Source of the DNA: a virus
DNA length: 64,000 nt
Direction: 5' to 3' (one strand)
Virus record (IMG/VR): IMGVR_UViG_3300048925_000129
Shown here: piece after piece, positions 42,332 through 52,349 of the stretch
Position numbering within the stretch: the stretch's first letter is position 1
How the letters are laid out: each line of letters starts with the position of its first letter
The notes under the pieces: generated by a model
Seen by the model: only the letters and a program-made list of their open reading frames with translations
Databases searched by the model: none
Told to the model about the DNA's origin: nothing
Made by a program: the position numbers and the translations under genes

Positions 42332-44584
42332 ATGAGTATAGCTAACGATATAAAAAAAACTATTGATGTAGCATCAGGAGCTGATGTTAACTATAGAGTT
42401 ACTGGTACATGGTATGATGGTACTCTATTAAATGATACTAGGTTAGACCAAGATAAGTTTAGAAAATTAAATAATATATACTATAAGAAAACTATTGCTT
42501 CTGACTTAATGCCAAAGGTAGATACAATAGCTGATTTAAGACTATATAATGGTTATTTTGAAGGTCAGGTAGTTGATCTATTAGGATACTATGTTGCAGG
42601 GGATAAAGATACAGTAAGATATAAATTTACAGTAGCTAATTACTCAACTTTGGTTGATGATGGAGGAGGAGTTATTAAAACAGATAGAGGATCATGGATA
42701 GCTCAATTTGGTAACGTAATTGATGTTAGAGATTATGGATGTTCTGAATCATTACCTGATAACTCTACAATACTTAATACCATTATTCAAAAACAGTCTG
42801 GGAAAGAAATTTCCATAGGAACACTAAATTTGAAATTTACAAAATCTATTATTATAAATAATAAGATTAAAATTAGAGGAGTTGTCAGAAGTAGTATATT
42901 TGATTTTACAGGATTAACACCAGCAGATTATGCAATTAGAACAAACACTACAGCCGCAATTAATGGGTTAGAAATAGAGGGTCTAAGAGTAATTGGAGCC
43001 CCTACAGTAAATTTTATTAGAATCAATCAAAACAATAATATTAACTTCTCTTTAACTGATTCTATTTTTACTAACCTTAGAATAGAAGGATTTAATACAG
43101 GATTACAATCTAATTATATGTGGTGTAATACTTTCTTGAATGTAAGATTCAATGGATGTATTGAACCATTAGTATTAAACTCTCAATCTAATCAACTTGA
43201 CTTTATAAGATGCTCTTTTGTATCATACAAGAAAGCAATTAAACATACAAATTGTGAGGGTATTACATACACAACTTGTAATATAGCCAACTTTAATTTA
43301 GCAGGAGATGTAGATGCCACGCAGAGCTTTATGTCTTTATTTCAGAGTAATGTTACAATAATTAATCCTTATTTTGAACTTGTATCAAGTGCTGTTCTTG
43401 CAGTGGGTGGTAGTTCAGAAGTAAATAAATCATCTTTAAATATCCTAGGAGGAAAAACTACTGATGATAATGTTAGAGTAAAAATTAATGGAAATGATAC
43501 AAAAATATCTCTTAAAGGTCTTAACAATAAAAACGGTAAGGATATATATGTATTAGAGAATGCTGCTAATGATATTGCACCAACAAACTATGTAAGAGAA
43601 ATATATTTAGATAATGGGCAGACATCTGTTAATAATACGTTATTTAAATTTGATGGTAATCAAGAATGGAATTTCACAAACTTTGGTGGAGGAGCAATTA
43701 GTATTAGAACTGTAAACAAAGGTTTTAAAACTATTCAGATGAATGGTCCCGCTAACACTGGAGTAAGGTTAACTAACTCATTAGTATCAGGAAACTATTA
43801 TACTTTAGTCTACATGATTAATAAAAGAGCTGTTACAGGAACTCTAAGAATACATCATGGTGCTGATTACCAAGTTCTTCCAATACAAGAACTTACGGAT
43901 AATTTTGAAATGAGATATATACCATTCAAAGCAATGGGAACCAATCTTGATTTAGCATGTACTGTTACAGGAGATTCTTTTGATTTCAGATACTTAACTA
44001 TTGTAGAAGGAAACTATATTCCAAATAGCTTTGAAAAAACGTATATCCCACATTTCCCTTCAATACCAACATCTGTGGGTAACTTTGCAAATGGTGATAT
44101 TGTTAAGGATTCATTACTTGGAGATACTTACTACACATTAGTTTCAGGGGTATGGCAGACTGTTAAATTAATGAAGCAATCAGCAGCCGTTACAGATGTC
44201 ACAGCCACAAATAGTTCTCAGGTTTCTATAGCAGATTTAACATCTATATCAATAGCAGACTTGGTAACAATGTCTACTGCTGATCCTACGACTATATCAA
44301 CTACAGATGCAGGGTCTACTTATACTACTGCTGAACAAGCATTAATTAATGAACTGAAAGCAAAAGTAAATGTTTTAACTAGTTTTGTGATTGAATTAAA
44401 AGCTAAAGCTAATTTAAATGTTACATTAACTAATGATGAAAAAGCTAAGATAAATCTAGGAGTAACAATGTCAAACGATATTAAATCTAAGTATAATACA
44501 ACTTCTACTTTAGCTAACAGTAATAAGACTCAATTAAATGCACACATGGCGGCTGAAAGAACATCGGGGCAACAAGCACCTTAA
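42332..44584 (+). CDS. Tailspike, probable beta-helix depolymerase
   Basis: TIADLR, GYYVAGD, IDVRDYG..DNS motifs followed by N/I-rich beta repeats. Confidence 0.7.
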   Translation: MSIANDIKKTIDVASGADVNYRVTGTWYDGTLLNDTRLDQDKFRKLNNIYYKKTIASDLMPKVDTIADLRLYNGYFEGQVVDLLGYYVAGDKDTVRYKFTVANYSTLVDDGGGVIKTDRGSWIAQFGNVIDVRDYGCSESLPDNSTILNTIIQKQSGKEISIGTLNLKFTKSIIINNKIKIRGVVRSSIFDFTGLTPADYAIRTNTTAAINGLEIEGLRVIGAPTVNFIRINQNNNINFSLTDSIFTNLRIEGFNTGLQSNYMWCNTFLNVRFNGCIEPLVLNSQSNQLDFIRCSFVSYKKAIKHTNCEGITYTTCNIANFNLAGDVDATQSFMSLFQSNVTIINPYFELVSSAVLAVGGSSEVNKSSLNILGGKTTDDNVRVKINGNDTKISLKGLNNKNGKDIYVLENAANDIAPTNYVREIYLDNGQTSVNNTLFKFDGNQEWNFTNFGGGAISIRTVNKGFKTIQMNGPANTGVRLTNSLVSGNYYTLVYMINKRAVTGTLRIHHGADYQVLPIQELTDNFEMRYIPFKAMGTNLDLACTVTGDSFDFRYLTIVEGNYIPNSFEKTYIPHFPSIPTSVGNFANGDIVKDSLLGDTYYTLVSGVWQTVKLMKQSAAVTDVTATNSSQVSIADLTSISIADLVTMSTADPTTISTTDAGSTYTTAEQALINELKAKVNVLTSFVIELKAKANLNVTLTNDEKAKINLGVTMSNDIKSKYNTTSTLANSNKTQLNAHMAAERTSGQQAP

Positions 44585-44599
44585 TACTTTTAAAATAAA

Positions 44600-44974
44600 A
44601 TGGGAGGAAAAATAATTTTTAATGTGTCTGAGTTACAGTGTATTCCACCAAATATAACAAATACTTCCTGGACTGGTATAAGATATGTTTTTGATGTGGA
44701 TTGGACCTCTAATGGAAATGAATATCATAGTATTGATCCGACAACTAATTTGGAACTAAGTATGACTATAGTTGAAGTTGCAACTAGTACCACTGTATTT
44801 TCTGGTGTTATTGATTCATCAGTACCATTTATAACTACAGGATACCAGTTTGATGCTTATGATTATTATCCTACTTTTTCAGATAAATATCAGATAACAT
44901 TAACACTTAGTTTAACTTCAGTTATAGCATGTAATGAATCAACTTCGTTCATTATTCCTATAGACTATACATAA
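44600..44974 (+). CDS. Small beta-rich virion protein candidate
   Basis: Starts IIFNVSELQC; paralogous start to the next ORFs. Confidence 0.6.
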   Translation: MGGKIIFNVSELQCIPPNITNTSWTGIRYVFDVDWTSNGNEYHSIDPTTNLELSMTIVEVATSTTVFSGVIDSSVPFITTGYQFDAYDYYPTFSDKYQITLTLSLTSVIACNESTSFIIPIDYT

Positions 44975-44979
44975 ATACT

Positions 44980-45321
44980 ATGGCAAATATAATATATAAT
45001 ATAGCAGAATTTCAATGTGTATCACCTGTAATGGGTGATACATTTAGACAAGGAGGAGAGTGGAGATTTAATTGGACGTCTCAGTGGGATTTATATACAT
45101 CTTTAGGTTTAAATACAAATATTAAATTATTTTATTCAGGAGATGGTCAACCAGAAGTAGAATATACTAATCAAACTATACCAGCAAATGCAAATAGTTT
45201 TTTAATAGATGATATAATTAATTTTGATACAGTAAATTTTAGAGTTTTATTTACAATTGATAATGGAACTACTTGCTCTAAACAATTTATTATACCAAAT
45301 TCATCCATAATAATAACATAA
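44980..45321 (+). CDS. Small beta-rich virion protein candidate
   Basis: Starts IIYNIAEFQC. Confidence 0.6.
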   Translation: MANIIYNIAEFQCVSPVMGDTFRQGGEWRFNWTSQWDLYTSLGLNTNIKLFYSGDGQPEVEYTNQTIPANANSFLIDDIINFDTVNFRVLFTIDNGTTCSKQFIIPNSSIIIT

Positions 45322-45322
45322 T

Positions 45323-45973
45323 ATGTCTAATATAATTTTTAATGTAGCAGTTAAGCAATTTATTAACTTCTCTCCAGTAACTGTAACCTTAATAAGAGAA
45401 CAAACTAATTCAGTTCCTACTACTCTAAACTATAGTAATGGAACAGGGCAAACTATGACTGCTGGACAAGTTTTATACTCAGTAGGTACATCAGGAACTC
45501 TAGGATTTATTGAAGTTGTTGTTCAAAGTTCAGTTACGTTAAATGGTTCTGGTACTATTAACATAGTAGTGAACTCTTATCCAACAGCAACTCAAACAAA
45601 TCAAACTATAACACCTGTTTTTGATCAATCAAATATTACTATAAATCTAGTTTATAATTCAAAACCAGTAACTTCTAATGTTAACATTTCATTAGAGAAC
45701 AGAGGAACTCATAGTTTTACAACTACAGAATTCGTAAATAGTTATACTGATTATGATTCTGATGCTTTGTCAGCAATAATGGCTACAGGAGATGTAACTG
45801 GGTATCAATATGATATTAATGGTACAAATAACTGGGTAGCATACACAGCAGGTACATGGATTCCTGTGAGTAATATAACAAGATTAAGATATGTAGCATT
45901 AGATCAGAATGATGCTTATACTAAATCTAATCCATGGTTCGCCAAAGATTCTCAAGGTAATATTTCATCATAA
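45323..45973 (+). CDS. Paralogue of the C-terminal half of 36331-37755
   Basis: AKQF...LIRE...YNS.PVT...AKDSQGNISS shared. Confidence 0.7.
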   Translation: MSNIIFNVAVKQFINFSPVTVTLIREQTNSVPTTLNYSNGTGQTMTAGQVLYSVGTSGTLGFIEVVVQSSVTLNGSGTINIVVNSYPTATQTNQTITPVFDQSNITINLVYNSKPVTSNVNISLENRGTHSFTTTEFVNSYTDYDSDALSAIMATGDVTGYQYDINGTNNWVAYTAGTWIPVSNITRLRYVALDQNDAYTKSNPWFAKDSQGNISS

Positions 45974-45997
45974 TGTTTAATAATAATATAATTTAAA

Positions 45998-46507
45998 ATG
46001 GGAGGTTTAATAAATATAAGTGTTCAAGAGGAACCTATAAGTCCAATGAGTTATGATGGCTATAGTGTGGGACAAGCTACAATATGTAATAGTGCTGCAT
46101 CACAAAGAAATGTTAAATTTAATGATATTTTAGGTGACTTTGTAGTAGGGAAAAACTATAGCCATGCTCAAGGATTACCTGCACAGACCTTAAGAATTAT
46201 TAATTTTACAGATGATAATTTTTTTATTGAAAATTCATCAGGTAATCAATCTCCAGCTCCAGGGTTTGTTCCAAGAAGATTAAAAAATTTGACAACAAAT
46301 ACAGTTATTACTACATTTCCTTATGAAATATCTATAGCTAATTTAAGTCAATTAGGAGTGGAGAATATTGGGACAGAATTAATATGTCCTTCTGATACTG
46401 TAAATTACACAGGTAGAAGGGTAAGGCAATTATCTTATAGAATATTAGATTCTAATGGTGCAGTAGGACCTCTTAAAATTGCTGACTACATGAATACTCC
46501 TCAGTAA
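45998..46507 (+). CDS. Hypothetical virion protein
   Basis: 169-aa ORF in fibre cluster. Confidence 0.6.
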   Translation: MGGLINISVQEEPISPMSYDGYSVGQATICNSAASQRNVKFNDILGDFVVGKNYSHAQGLPAQTLRIINFTDDNFFIENSSGNQSPAPGFVPRRLKNLTTNTVITTFPYEISIANLSQLGVENIGTELICPSDTVNYTGRRVRQLSYRILDSNGAVGPLKIADYMNTPQ

Positions 46508-46551
46508 ATTAGCTATTGAATAATACTTAACAATTTAAATAGTAAATTAAA

Positions 46552-47235
46552 ATGACAATATATACTTTAAATAATAGAGTATTGATGATGGAGAAAAAAC
46601 TTCATGATTTATACTGCTATGTCAAGAATAATTCTGGGAGTACTGTGGAAACTGATCCAATATTTTCTGATTCCCCTGCTTTTTCTATCACTCAAACAAA
46701 TATAGATACATGGAACACAACCCCTACAGTTCCTAACTTACAACAAGTAACAGAACAGGGATTTACAACGGATAGAATAATTCAATCTGATTCAAGCATC
46801 ATAGCTTCTGAGTTTATTACTAGTGGTACAACAGCCCAAGGAACAATAAAAGCAGATAATTTAACTAACAATAGAACATATGAACTACCAAATATATCAG
46901 GGACTTTTGCTTTAGTAAGTGATATACCTGTTGATACAGGACCTCAAATAATAAGAACAAATGTATCAAGTTATAATTTAGTCCCAACAAAAAAAACTAT
47001 TCTAGTTACTTTTACAGGAACCACAACAACTTTTAATTTACCTTTGGTTGCACCTAATGTAGGAACAATTATATTATTATATAATGGAGGTACAGGAGGT
47101 GTTACTATTACAGGAAATGTAGCTGATGGAAATGTAATAATAGATGGAGGGGTAGCATCCCCAACTAGTGTTTTAACAGTAGGATCTCCTATAACCATAT
47201 TTAATGATGGATTTAATTGGATAAAAAAACCTTAA
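46552..47235 (+). CDS. Fibre-like protein (head/tail fibre trimer candidate)
   Basis: ETDPIF, NLQQVTEQG, YELPNISGTFAL motifs. Confidence 0.6.
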   Translation: MTIYTLNNRVLMMEKKLHDLYCYVKNNSGSTVETDPIFSDSPAFSITQTNIDTWNTTPTVPNLQQVTEQGFTTDRIIQSDSSIIASEFITSGTTAQGTIKADNLTNNRTYELPNISGTFALVSDIPVDTGPQIIRTNVSSYNLVPTKKTILVTFTGTTTTFNLPLVAPNVGTIILLYNGGTGGVTITGNVADGNVIIDGGVASPTSVLTVGSPITIFNDGFNWIKKP

Positions 47236-47285
47236 CAATTATGTTAAGAGCCCTATAGTAGATATAGTAATAACAGAAAAATAAT

Positions 47286-47828
47286 ATGCAAAAATATATT
47301 GATATTGCTGAAGCAAATCCAGAAGAATTTAAGTTCTTCTTAGAAAAAGTATTTCCTATTACTATGAAATGGGAAGGAGGAGGAAAGCTGCATAATGTTG
47401 CAGGAGATTCAGGAGGATGGACCATTTATGGAATTGCCTGGAATTTTAACAAAGAATATTTTAAAGACTTTGATGACTTTAAGAATATCTCTCAAGAGCA
47501 TGCTGCCATGTTTGCCTTTGCCAACTACTATCTGAAACTATCCCCAAGTTATCTTAAATCAAATGTTAAACTATTAGCTTTTGATATTGCTTATAACATG
47601 GGTGTAGCTAAAGCAATTCAGTATATCCAAGAGTGTGCTGGAGTTGTAGCAGATGGCAAAATAGGACCAAACACTAGAGCTAAAATGGGAACTGTTACCC
47701 CAGACTGTTTACAACAGAAAAGAGTGGCTTATTATAATGCCCTTAACAAACAATCTAAATTTCAGAAATTCTATAAAGGATGGATGAATAGAGCAAATGA
47801 TATTTTTAAAATAACAAAAACAAATTAA
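47286..47828 (+). CDS. Endolysin, glycoside hydrolase family 108 with peptidoglycan-binding domain
   Basis: WEGG...DSGGWTIYGI, FDIAYNMG, ADGKIGPNT, KFYKGWMNR. Confidence 0.88.
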   Translation: MQKYIDIAEANPEEFKFFLEKVFPITMKWEGGGKLHNVAGDSGGWTIYGIAWNFNKEYFKDFDDFKNISQEHAAMFAFANYYLKLSPSYLKSNVKLLAFDIAYNMGVAKAIQYIQECAGVVADGKIGPNTRAKMGTVTPDCLQQKRVAYYNALNKQSKFQKFYKGWMNRANDIFKITKTN

Positions 47829-47839
47829 TACACAATTAC

Positions 47840-48070
47840 ATGACACTTACCTTTCTTATTATTTTTTTCGGATTAATCCTGGTAGCACTAATCGGATTAT
47901 TAACACACAGAATCCATCAAGTCACTAGAAAATTCGATAAACTATATAACTACTTCATTAGATCAGAAAAAGATATTGATGAAAAAGTTAGTTTTATTTC
48001 ATTCATGAAAGGATTGCCTCCAACTAACAGTGAGTGTCCTACAAAGGAGGAACTAGATAAACTAGACTAA
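47840..48070 (+). CDS. Single-TM membrane protein (lysis cassette)
   Basis: N-terminal hydrophobic helix. Confidence 0.6.
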   Translation: MTLTFLIIFFGLILVALIGLLTHRIHQVTRKFDKLYNYFIRSEKDIDEKVSFISFMKGLPPTNSECPTKEELDKLD

Positions 48071-48489
48071 TGGAATCTTGGAAAAGGTTATTTAATAATA
48101 AATATGTTCTAACTTTCATTAAGTACTACAACTTAATTTTTTTAATAGTTTACACGATTGGATGTTATATATTTTTATTCAAATTTGAGTTTTACAAAAC
48201 CATATTTCAGGTTTTAGTGGCTCTGTTTGGATTTAATTTATCCAGTCAAGTTTTCGTAGGATACGTAATGTCCAGGTTGAACTTTTGTGGGTGGCAGAAT
48301 TTGGCTTTTCTATTTAATCTGATTATAAATATTCTAGCCCTTATATTAAAAGTACTTGGATTCTTTTTCGTCATCAAATTTGATTTGATAGCTATGACTG
48401 TCCTGTGTAGTATTTTTGTCACTTACTTTATTTTTTATTTCATCTCAAAACACCTAAAAACAAAAACTCATACAACAAATTCAAAATGA
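48070..48489 (+). CDS. Multi-TM membrane protein, holin candidate
   Basis: About four hydrophobic segments, basic C-terminus, next to endolysin. Confidence 0.55.
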   Translation: MESWKRLFNNKYVLTFIKYYNLIFLIVYTIGCYIFLFKFEFYKTIFQVLVALFGFNLSSQVFVGYVMSRLNFCGWQNLAFLFNLIINILALILKVLGFFFVIKFDLIAMTVLCSIFVTYFIFYFISKHLKTKTHTTNSK

Positions 48490-48887
48490 AGCTAAATTTT
48501 ATTGATAAAGTAATAAAGTTTTTCAATTGGTTCGTTGATTTCTTGGCAAAACCCTTAGGTATAGCCACCTGGTCAATTGTACTGATTCTTTCAGGAGTTT
48601 ATTATGGTAATGAACAAAGAGCACTAGGAACTGCTGCAAACAAAGAAAAAATGAATGCAGACGAAAATAGAATAATTTTACTAGAGAAAAAGATTGATAC
48701 TCTATCAAACAGGCTTATGAATAAGGACTGTACCGATGAAGTTCAAAAATATGTAAACCTAATACAAACCTTACAGATTCAAACAAGCCAAAACAAAGAG
48801 GAAGTCAAAAAGAGACTTGAATTGGAAAAGAAGAAAACCGAAGAATTAGAATCTTTAAATAAATCATTATATGATAAATCACATTAA
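48486..48887 (+). CDS. TM plus coiled-coil protein (holin/spanin-like)
   Basis: N-terminal TM then heptads. Confidence 0.5.
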   Translation: MKLNFIDKVIKFFNWFVDFLAKPLGIATWSIVLILSGVYYGNEQRALGTAANKEKMNADENRIILLEKKIDTLSNRLMNKDCTDEVQKYVNLIQTLQIQTSQNKEEVKKRLELEKKKTEELESLNKSLYDKSH

Positions 48888-49359
48888 AATAGTATGTTTA
48901 TTAATTGTATCAAGTTTGATACTAGCTCAGCCTACTCCTACACCTACAGATAGTAGTAAAGCTGTAAGTACAGAAATCCCTCCAACAGTTAAACCTGTGG
49001 TTGAAGAAATAGTAATCAATTCTAAAGAGTCTCAAGAGGCTACTGAACAGATTAGTAAAGAGATGAAAAAACAAATTTCTCTCATGAAACAGATTAAGAC
49101 TAAAATTAATGAACTTAAGAAGTCTTCTCCTGATAAGAAAGCTTCAAAAGTTCCTGTTAATATTGAGAAGGTAGTACCATCAGATACATTTGGGTTGAAG
49201 GCTAAAGATACTATAATTCAGGTACAAGGTCAAATAATTCAATTCGAACCTAAGAATAGATCTTGGGTGGGAAGACTACTACATAAGAGTGATATCATTT
49301 ATTACCCGTTCATTTATGATCTTGATGGTAATAAAATTTACTTAAAAATAACTGATTAA
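48871..49359 (+). CDS. Signal-anchored coiled-coil protein
   Basis: Signal-peptide-like N-terminus. Confidence 0.55.
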   Translation: MINHIKIVCLLIVSSLILAQPTPTPTDSSKAVSTEIPPTVKPVVEEIVINSKESQEATEQISKEMKKQISLMKQIKTKINELKKSSPDKKASKVPVNIEKVVPSDTFGLKAKDTIIQVQGQIIQFEPKNRSWVGRLLHKSDIIYYPFIYDLDGNKIYLKITD

Positions 49360-49404
49360 CAATAATACTTTTAAATTTACCTTTTTGTGGTTTTAGGTAA
49401 ATTA

Positions 49405-49435
49405 TGCCCCTTAGTGTAAATTAAGGGGCTTTTTA
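49405..49435 (+). terminator. Intrinsic terminator after lysis cassette
   Basis: GCCCCTTA/TAAGGGGC plus T-tract. Confidence 0.8.
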
Positions 49436-49486
49436 TTTGCATATGTCAAAAATAATTCCTATATTTGCAACGTTTAAATAAATTAT

Positions 49487-51082
49487 ATGGTTGGCTATAA
49501 AGTAACAGATTCAGATATTGAATTGATAAAAGAACTGATGCAAAAGCATCATGACAATATTACCAGGGCTACAAAAGAGTTCTGTGAGAAACTAGAAATT
49601 GTATTTACAGACTCTAGTAGAAAAAGAGTTTCCAGTCTTCTTCATTCAGCGGGATATTTTCCTGAAACTGACGAAGAGGTAAAAGATATTTCAGTATTAG
49701 ACAAAGACTACTTAATTGCTAAAGAAAGGGTACTTCCAGAGTCTAAATATTACATCATAACATGGGAGCAAAATGAGACTCCTTTACATTCCAAGCTTTG
49801 GAGAAACATCTTAGCCTATAAAGACTTCTTAGGAGCGGAGCTGAGTGTTATTCTTGGTAGGTATCAAAACCCAACATCTGTGTTTAGAGATGTACAACAT
49901 GAAAGTTGGAATCCTGCTACTAAGCCATACTGGGATACCAATAGGCACGACATCCATAAATACCTTACAATTTTGGGAGATGTTAAGATTCAGCCAACGG
50001 CTGCTAATCCATTGACAGGTTTAGAGTCTATCTCAGGAGAGACTACAACCATCATAGGACACCCAAAAATGCATTTAAAACCTGTTCCAGTATTGGAGGG
50101 TCACCCAAAAAAGATATTGCTTACAACAGGAGCTATTACACTCCCAAACTACACAGACTCTAAATCAGGTAAAAGAGGTGAATTCCATCATAAACTTGGA
50201 TTCACTATTGTTGAGATAAAGGATGAGGAAATATTCTTTATCAGGCAAGTAGAAGCAGATGAATCTGGAAACTTTATTGATCTTTATCATGAGGTTAAAA
50301 ATGGAAAGGTAAAACAGGTTCCAAAAGCTGAAGGAATTGTCTGGGGAGATACACACGTAAACTCCTTAAACCCAGAGATTCTTGAACCTACAGAAAATCT
50401 TATAAGAGACCTTGGAATTAAAGTAGAAATTCATCACGATCTAAGTGATGGTATTTCGGTAAACAATCACATTACCAATAATCCAGTTGAGCAGCATAAA
50501 AGGTTTATGAAAGGTTTAGATAGTGTTGAGGTTGAACTCCACAGAACAGCTAACTTCTTGAGAAGAAGACCTGACACTTTCAAAATCATAGTTCAATCTA
50601 ATCACAATGATAGATACGATAGATGGATAATCAACCAAGACTGGAGAAAGGATATTCCAAATGCTATTCCATTTATGAAGTATGGATTAGCTACTCTACA
50701 AGGTAAAGCTGATAAAGGGATTCTTGCATTCTTCCTGGAGGAACAATTCTCTGACAAAGAAATATTGTGCTTAGACTATGACGACTCATATATCTTAGGA
50801 GGGTTTGAGATAGCACATCATGGGCACATTGGTTCAAATGGTTCTAAAGGATCAATTGAGCAGTTTAGAAAGATGTCGATGAAGATGATCATTGGACATT
50901 ACCACAAACCTATGAGATTAGATAAAGTTCTGGCAGTTGGGACTTCTACCCATTTGAGAGAGGGGTACAACAAAGGAGCATCAGATTGGATGAACTCACA
51001 TGTCATCATCCACAGTAACGGGACAGCCCAACACATTATATTCATAAAAGGAGAATTTACAACCTTCAAGAGAGAGCTTTAG
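49487..51082 (+). CDS. T5 A1-like nuclease / calcineurin-like metallophosphoesterase
   Basis: TTGAITLPNY..KSGKRGEFHH; GDTH, HDLSDG, SNHNDR, HHGH, GHYH; own promoter 49436-49467 and terminator ~51068-51094. Confidence 0.75.
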   Translation: MVGYKVTDSDIELIKELMQKHHDNITRATKEFCEKLEIVFTDSSRKRVSSLLHSAGYFPETDEEVKDISVLDKDYLIAKERVLPESKYYIITWEQNETPLHSKLWRNILAYKDFLGAELSVILGRYQNPTSVFRDVQHESWNPATKPYWDTNRHDIHKYLTILGDVKIQPTAANPLTGLESISGETTTIIGHPKMHLKPVPVLEGHPKKILLTTGAITLPNYTDSKSGKRGEFHHKLGFTIVEIKDEEIFFIRQVEADESGNFIDLYHEVKNGKVKQVPKAEGIVWGDTHVNSLNPEILEPTENLIRDLGIKVEIHHDLSDGISVNNHITNNPVEQHKRFMKGLDSVEVELHRTANFLRRRPDTFKIIVQSNHNDRYDRWIINQDWRKDIPNAIPFMKYGLATLQGKADKGILAFFLEEQFSDKEILCLDYDDSYILGGFEIAHHGHIGSNGSKGSIEQFRKMSMKMIIGHYHKPMRLDKVLAVGTSTHLREGYNKGASDWMNSHVIIHSNGTAQHIIFIKGEFTTFKREL

Positions 51083-51171
51083 GCTCTCTTTTTTGTTTTG
51101 ATTAAATTTTATGTTTTTTGTAATTTGATAAAATTTTCTTATATTTGCATTTCATAAAAAAATATTTTACT

Positions 51172-51870
51172 GTGACAAATGCAAAATTTGTTTCTAGGGT
51201 AGTTAACGGCTTGAAGGCTCTGAATGTAGATGCCCACATTAGTAAAAGACACATCTTAGAAATAGGAAGAAATAAATCAAAATTCTATATCTCACAAAAA
51301 CTACTTGATAAATCTCTTTTCAAGGAGGATAACTTATTTAGATCTCTGAACTGTTTTAGGTTATTTGATGAAGACAGGATTAAATGTGGAATCTACGAGT
51401 TTGCAAGATGTGAATCTCTAATGAAATCAGCAAAGAAGATTCCTGGACTTGTTTATAGTAGATATGGGGCTTCTATAATTTCCATTACTTCGATTGATGG
51501 ACTAACTAAATTTGTCCCTACAACCCTGTCTAATTATGGGTTATTTCAAGACAGATCTAATGCTAATAAATTCAAAGATAGAACTAAGTTTTTTTATATC
51601 AAGGATGGATACCTTTATTTACCTAACTCAGAGATTGAGATGGTAAACATAGTTTACATTCCATACGATGAATCTGAATTAGATAAAGTTTCTGAATGTA
51701 GTGAAGCTAATCCATGTGAGTCAATGTGGGACAGGGAATTTATTGTTCCTGATAAACTTGGAGAACAGGTAATATCTGAAACTGTGAATGAAGTATTTAC
51801 TGGAAACAGAAATACCAAAGACGAGAATCCTAATGGAGATAATAACATAGTAAGTTCAACTACAAGATAA
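51172..51870 (+). CDS. Tail ring protein candidate (start revised to GTG 51172)
   Basis: YIKDGYLYL motif; promoter 51117-51147 overlaps the track start. Confidence 0.6.
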   Translation: MTNAKFVSRVVNGLKALNVDAHISKRHILEIGRNKSKFYISQKLLDKSLFKEDNLFRSLNCFRLFDEDRIKCGIYEFARCESLMKSAKKIPGLVYSRYGASIISITSIDGLTKFVPTTLSNYGLFQDRSNANKFKDRTKFFYIKDGYLYLPNSEIEMVNIVYIPYDESELDKVSECSEANPCESMWDREFIVPDKLGEQVISETVNEVFTGNRNTKDENPNGDNNIVSSTTR

Positions 51871-52349
51871 TGAAGTTTTTAACCGAAGACAACAGGGAGG
51901 TAAATTATTATGACAGAAGTAAATCTTGGTTGAAGTATAAGGAAAAGACTAAGAACAGACCAAAGTACCATAAAGTAAGAGAGGAAGCAACATACAGAAA
52001 AATTATTGATACAGTTTTAAGAGTACTTAGAGAAAGGTGGGTAACAACTACTGGAGGAATTTATATGAGAAATATGGGTTATTTTGCAGTGTATAGAACC
52101 CCCCATAAGACAGTCTCTCACAAGAATAGATTTTCTTATGTTGACAGACTTATAACAGATGGTTATATGTACATTCCTAGTCATTTCACTACACTTAGAA
52201 AATCAGATGATTTCTTTGGCTTTAATTTCAATGAGACCTTCCCTCACAGAATGACCCAGGATCTTTACAAGAACCTTAAGGAGGGTAGAAGATATACACT
52301 TAATTACTTCTTACTGAAGGAGTATCTAAAAAATAGAACAAACCTATAA
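51870..52349 (+). CDS. IHF/HU-like protein of the crAss-like tail module
   Basis: Basic; GGIYMRNMGYF motif; position before the tubular protein. Confidence 0.55.
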   Translation: MKFLTEDNREVNYYDRSKSWLKYKEKTKNRPKYHKVREEATYRKIIDTVLRVLRERWVTTTGGIYMRNMGYFAVYRTPHKTVSHKNRFSYVDRLITDGYMYIPSHFTTLRKSDDFFGFNFNETFPHRMTQDLYKNLKEGRRYTLNYFLLKEYLKNRTNL

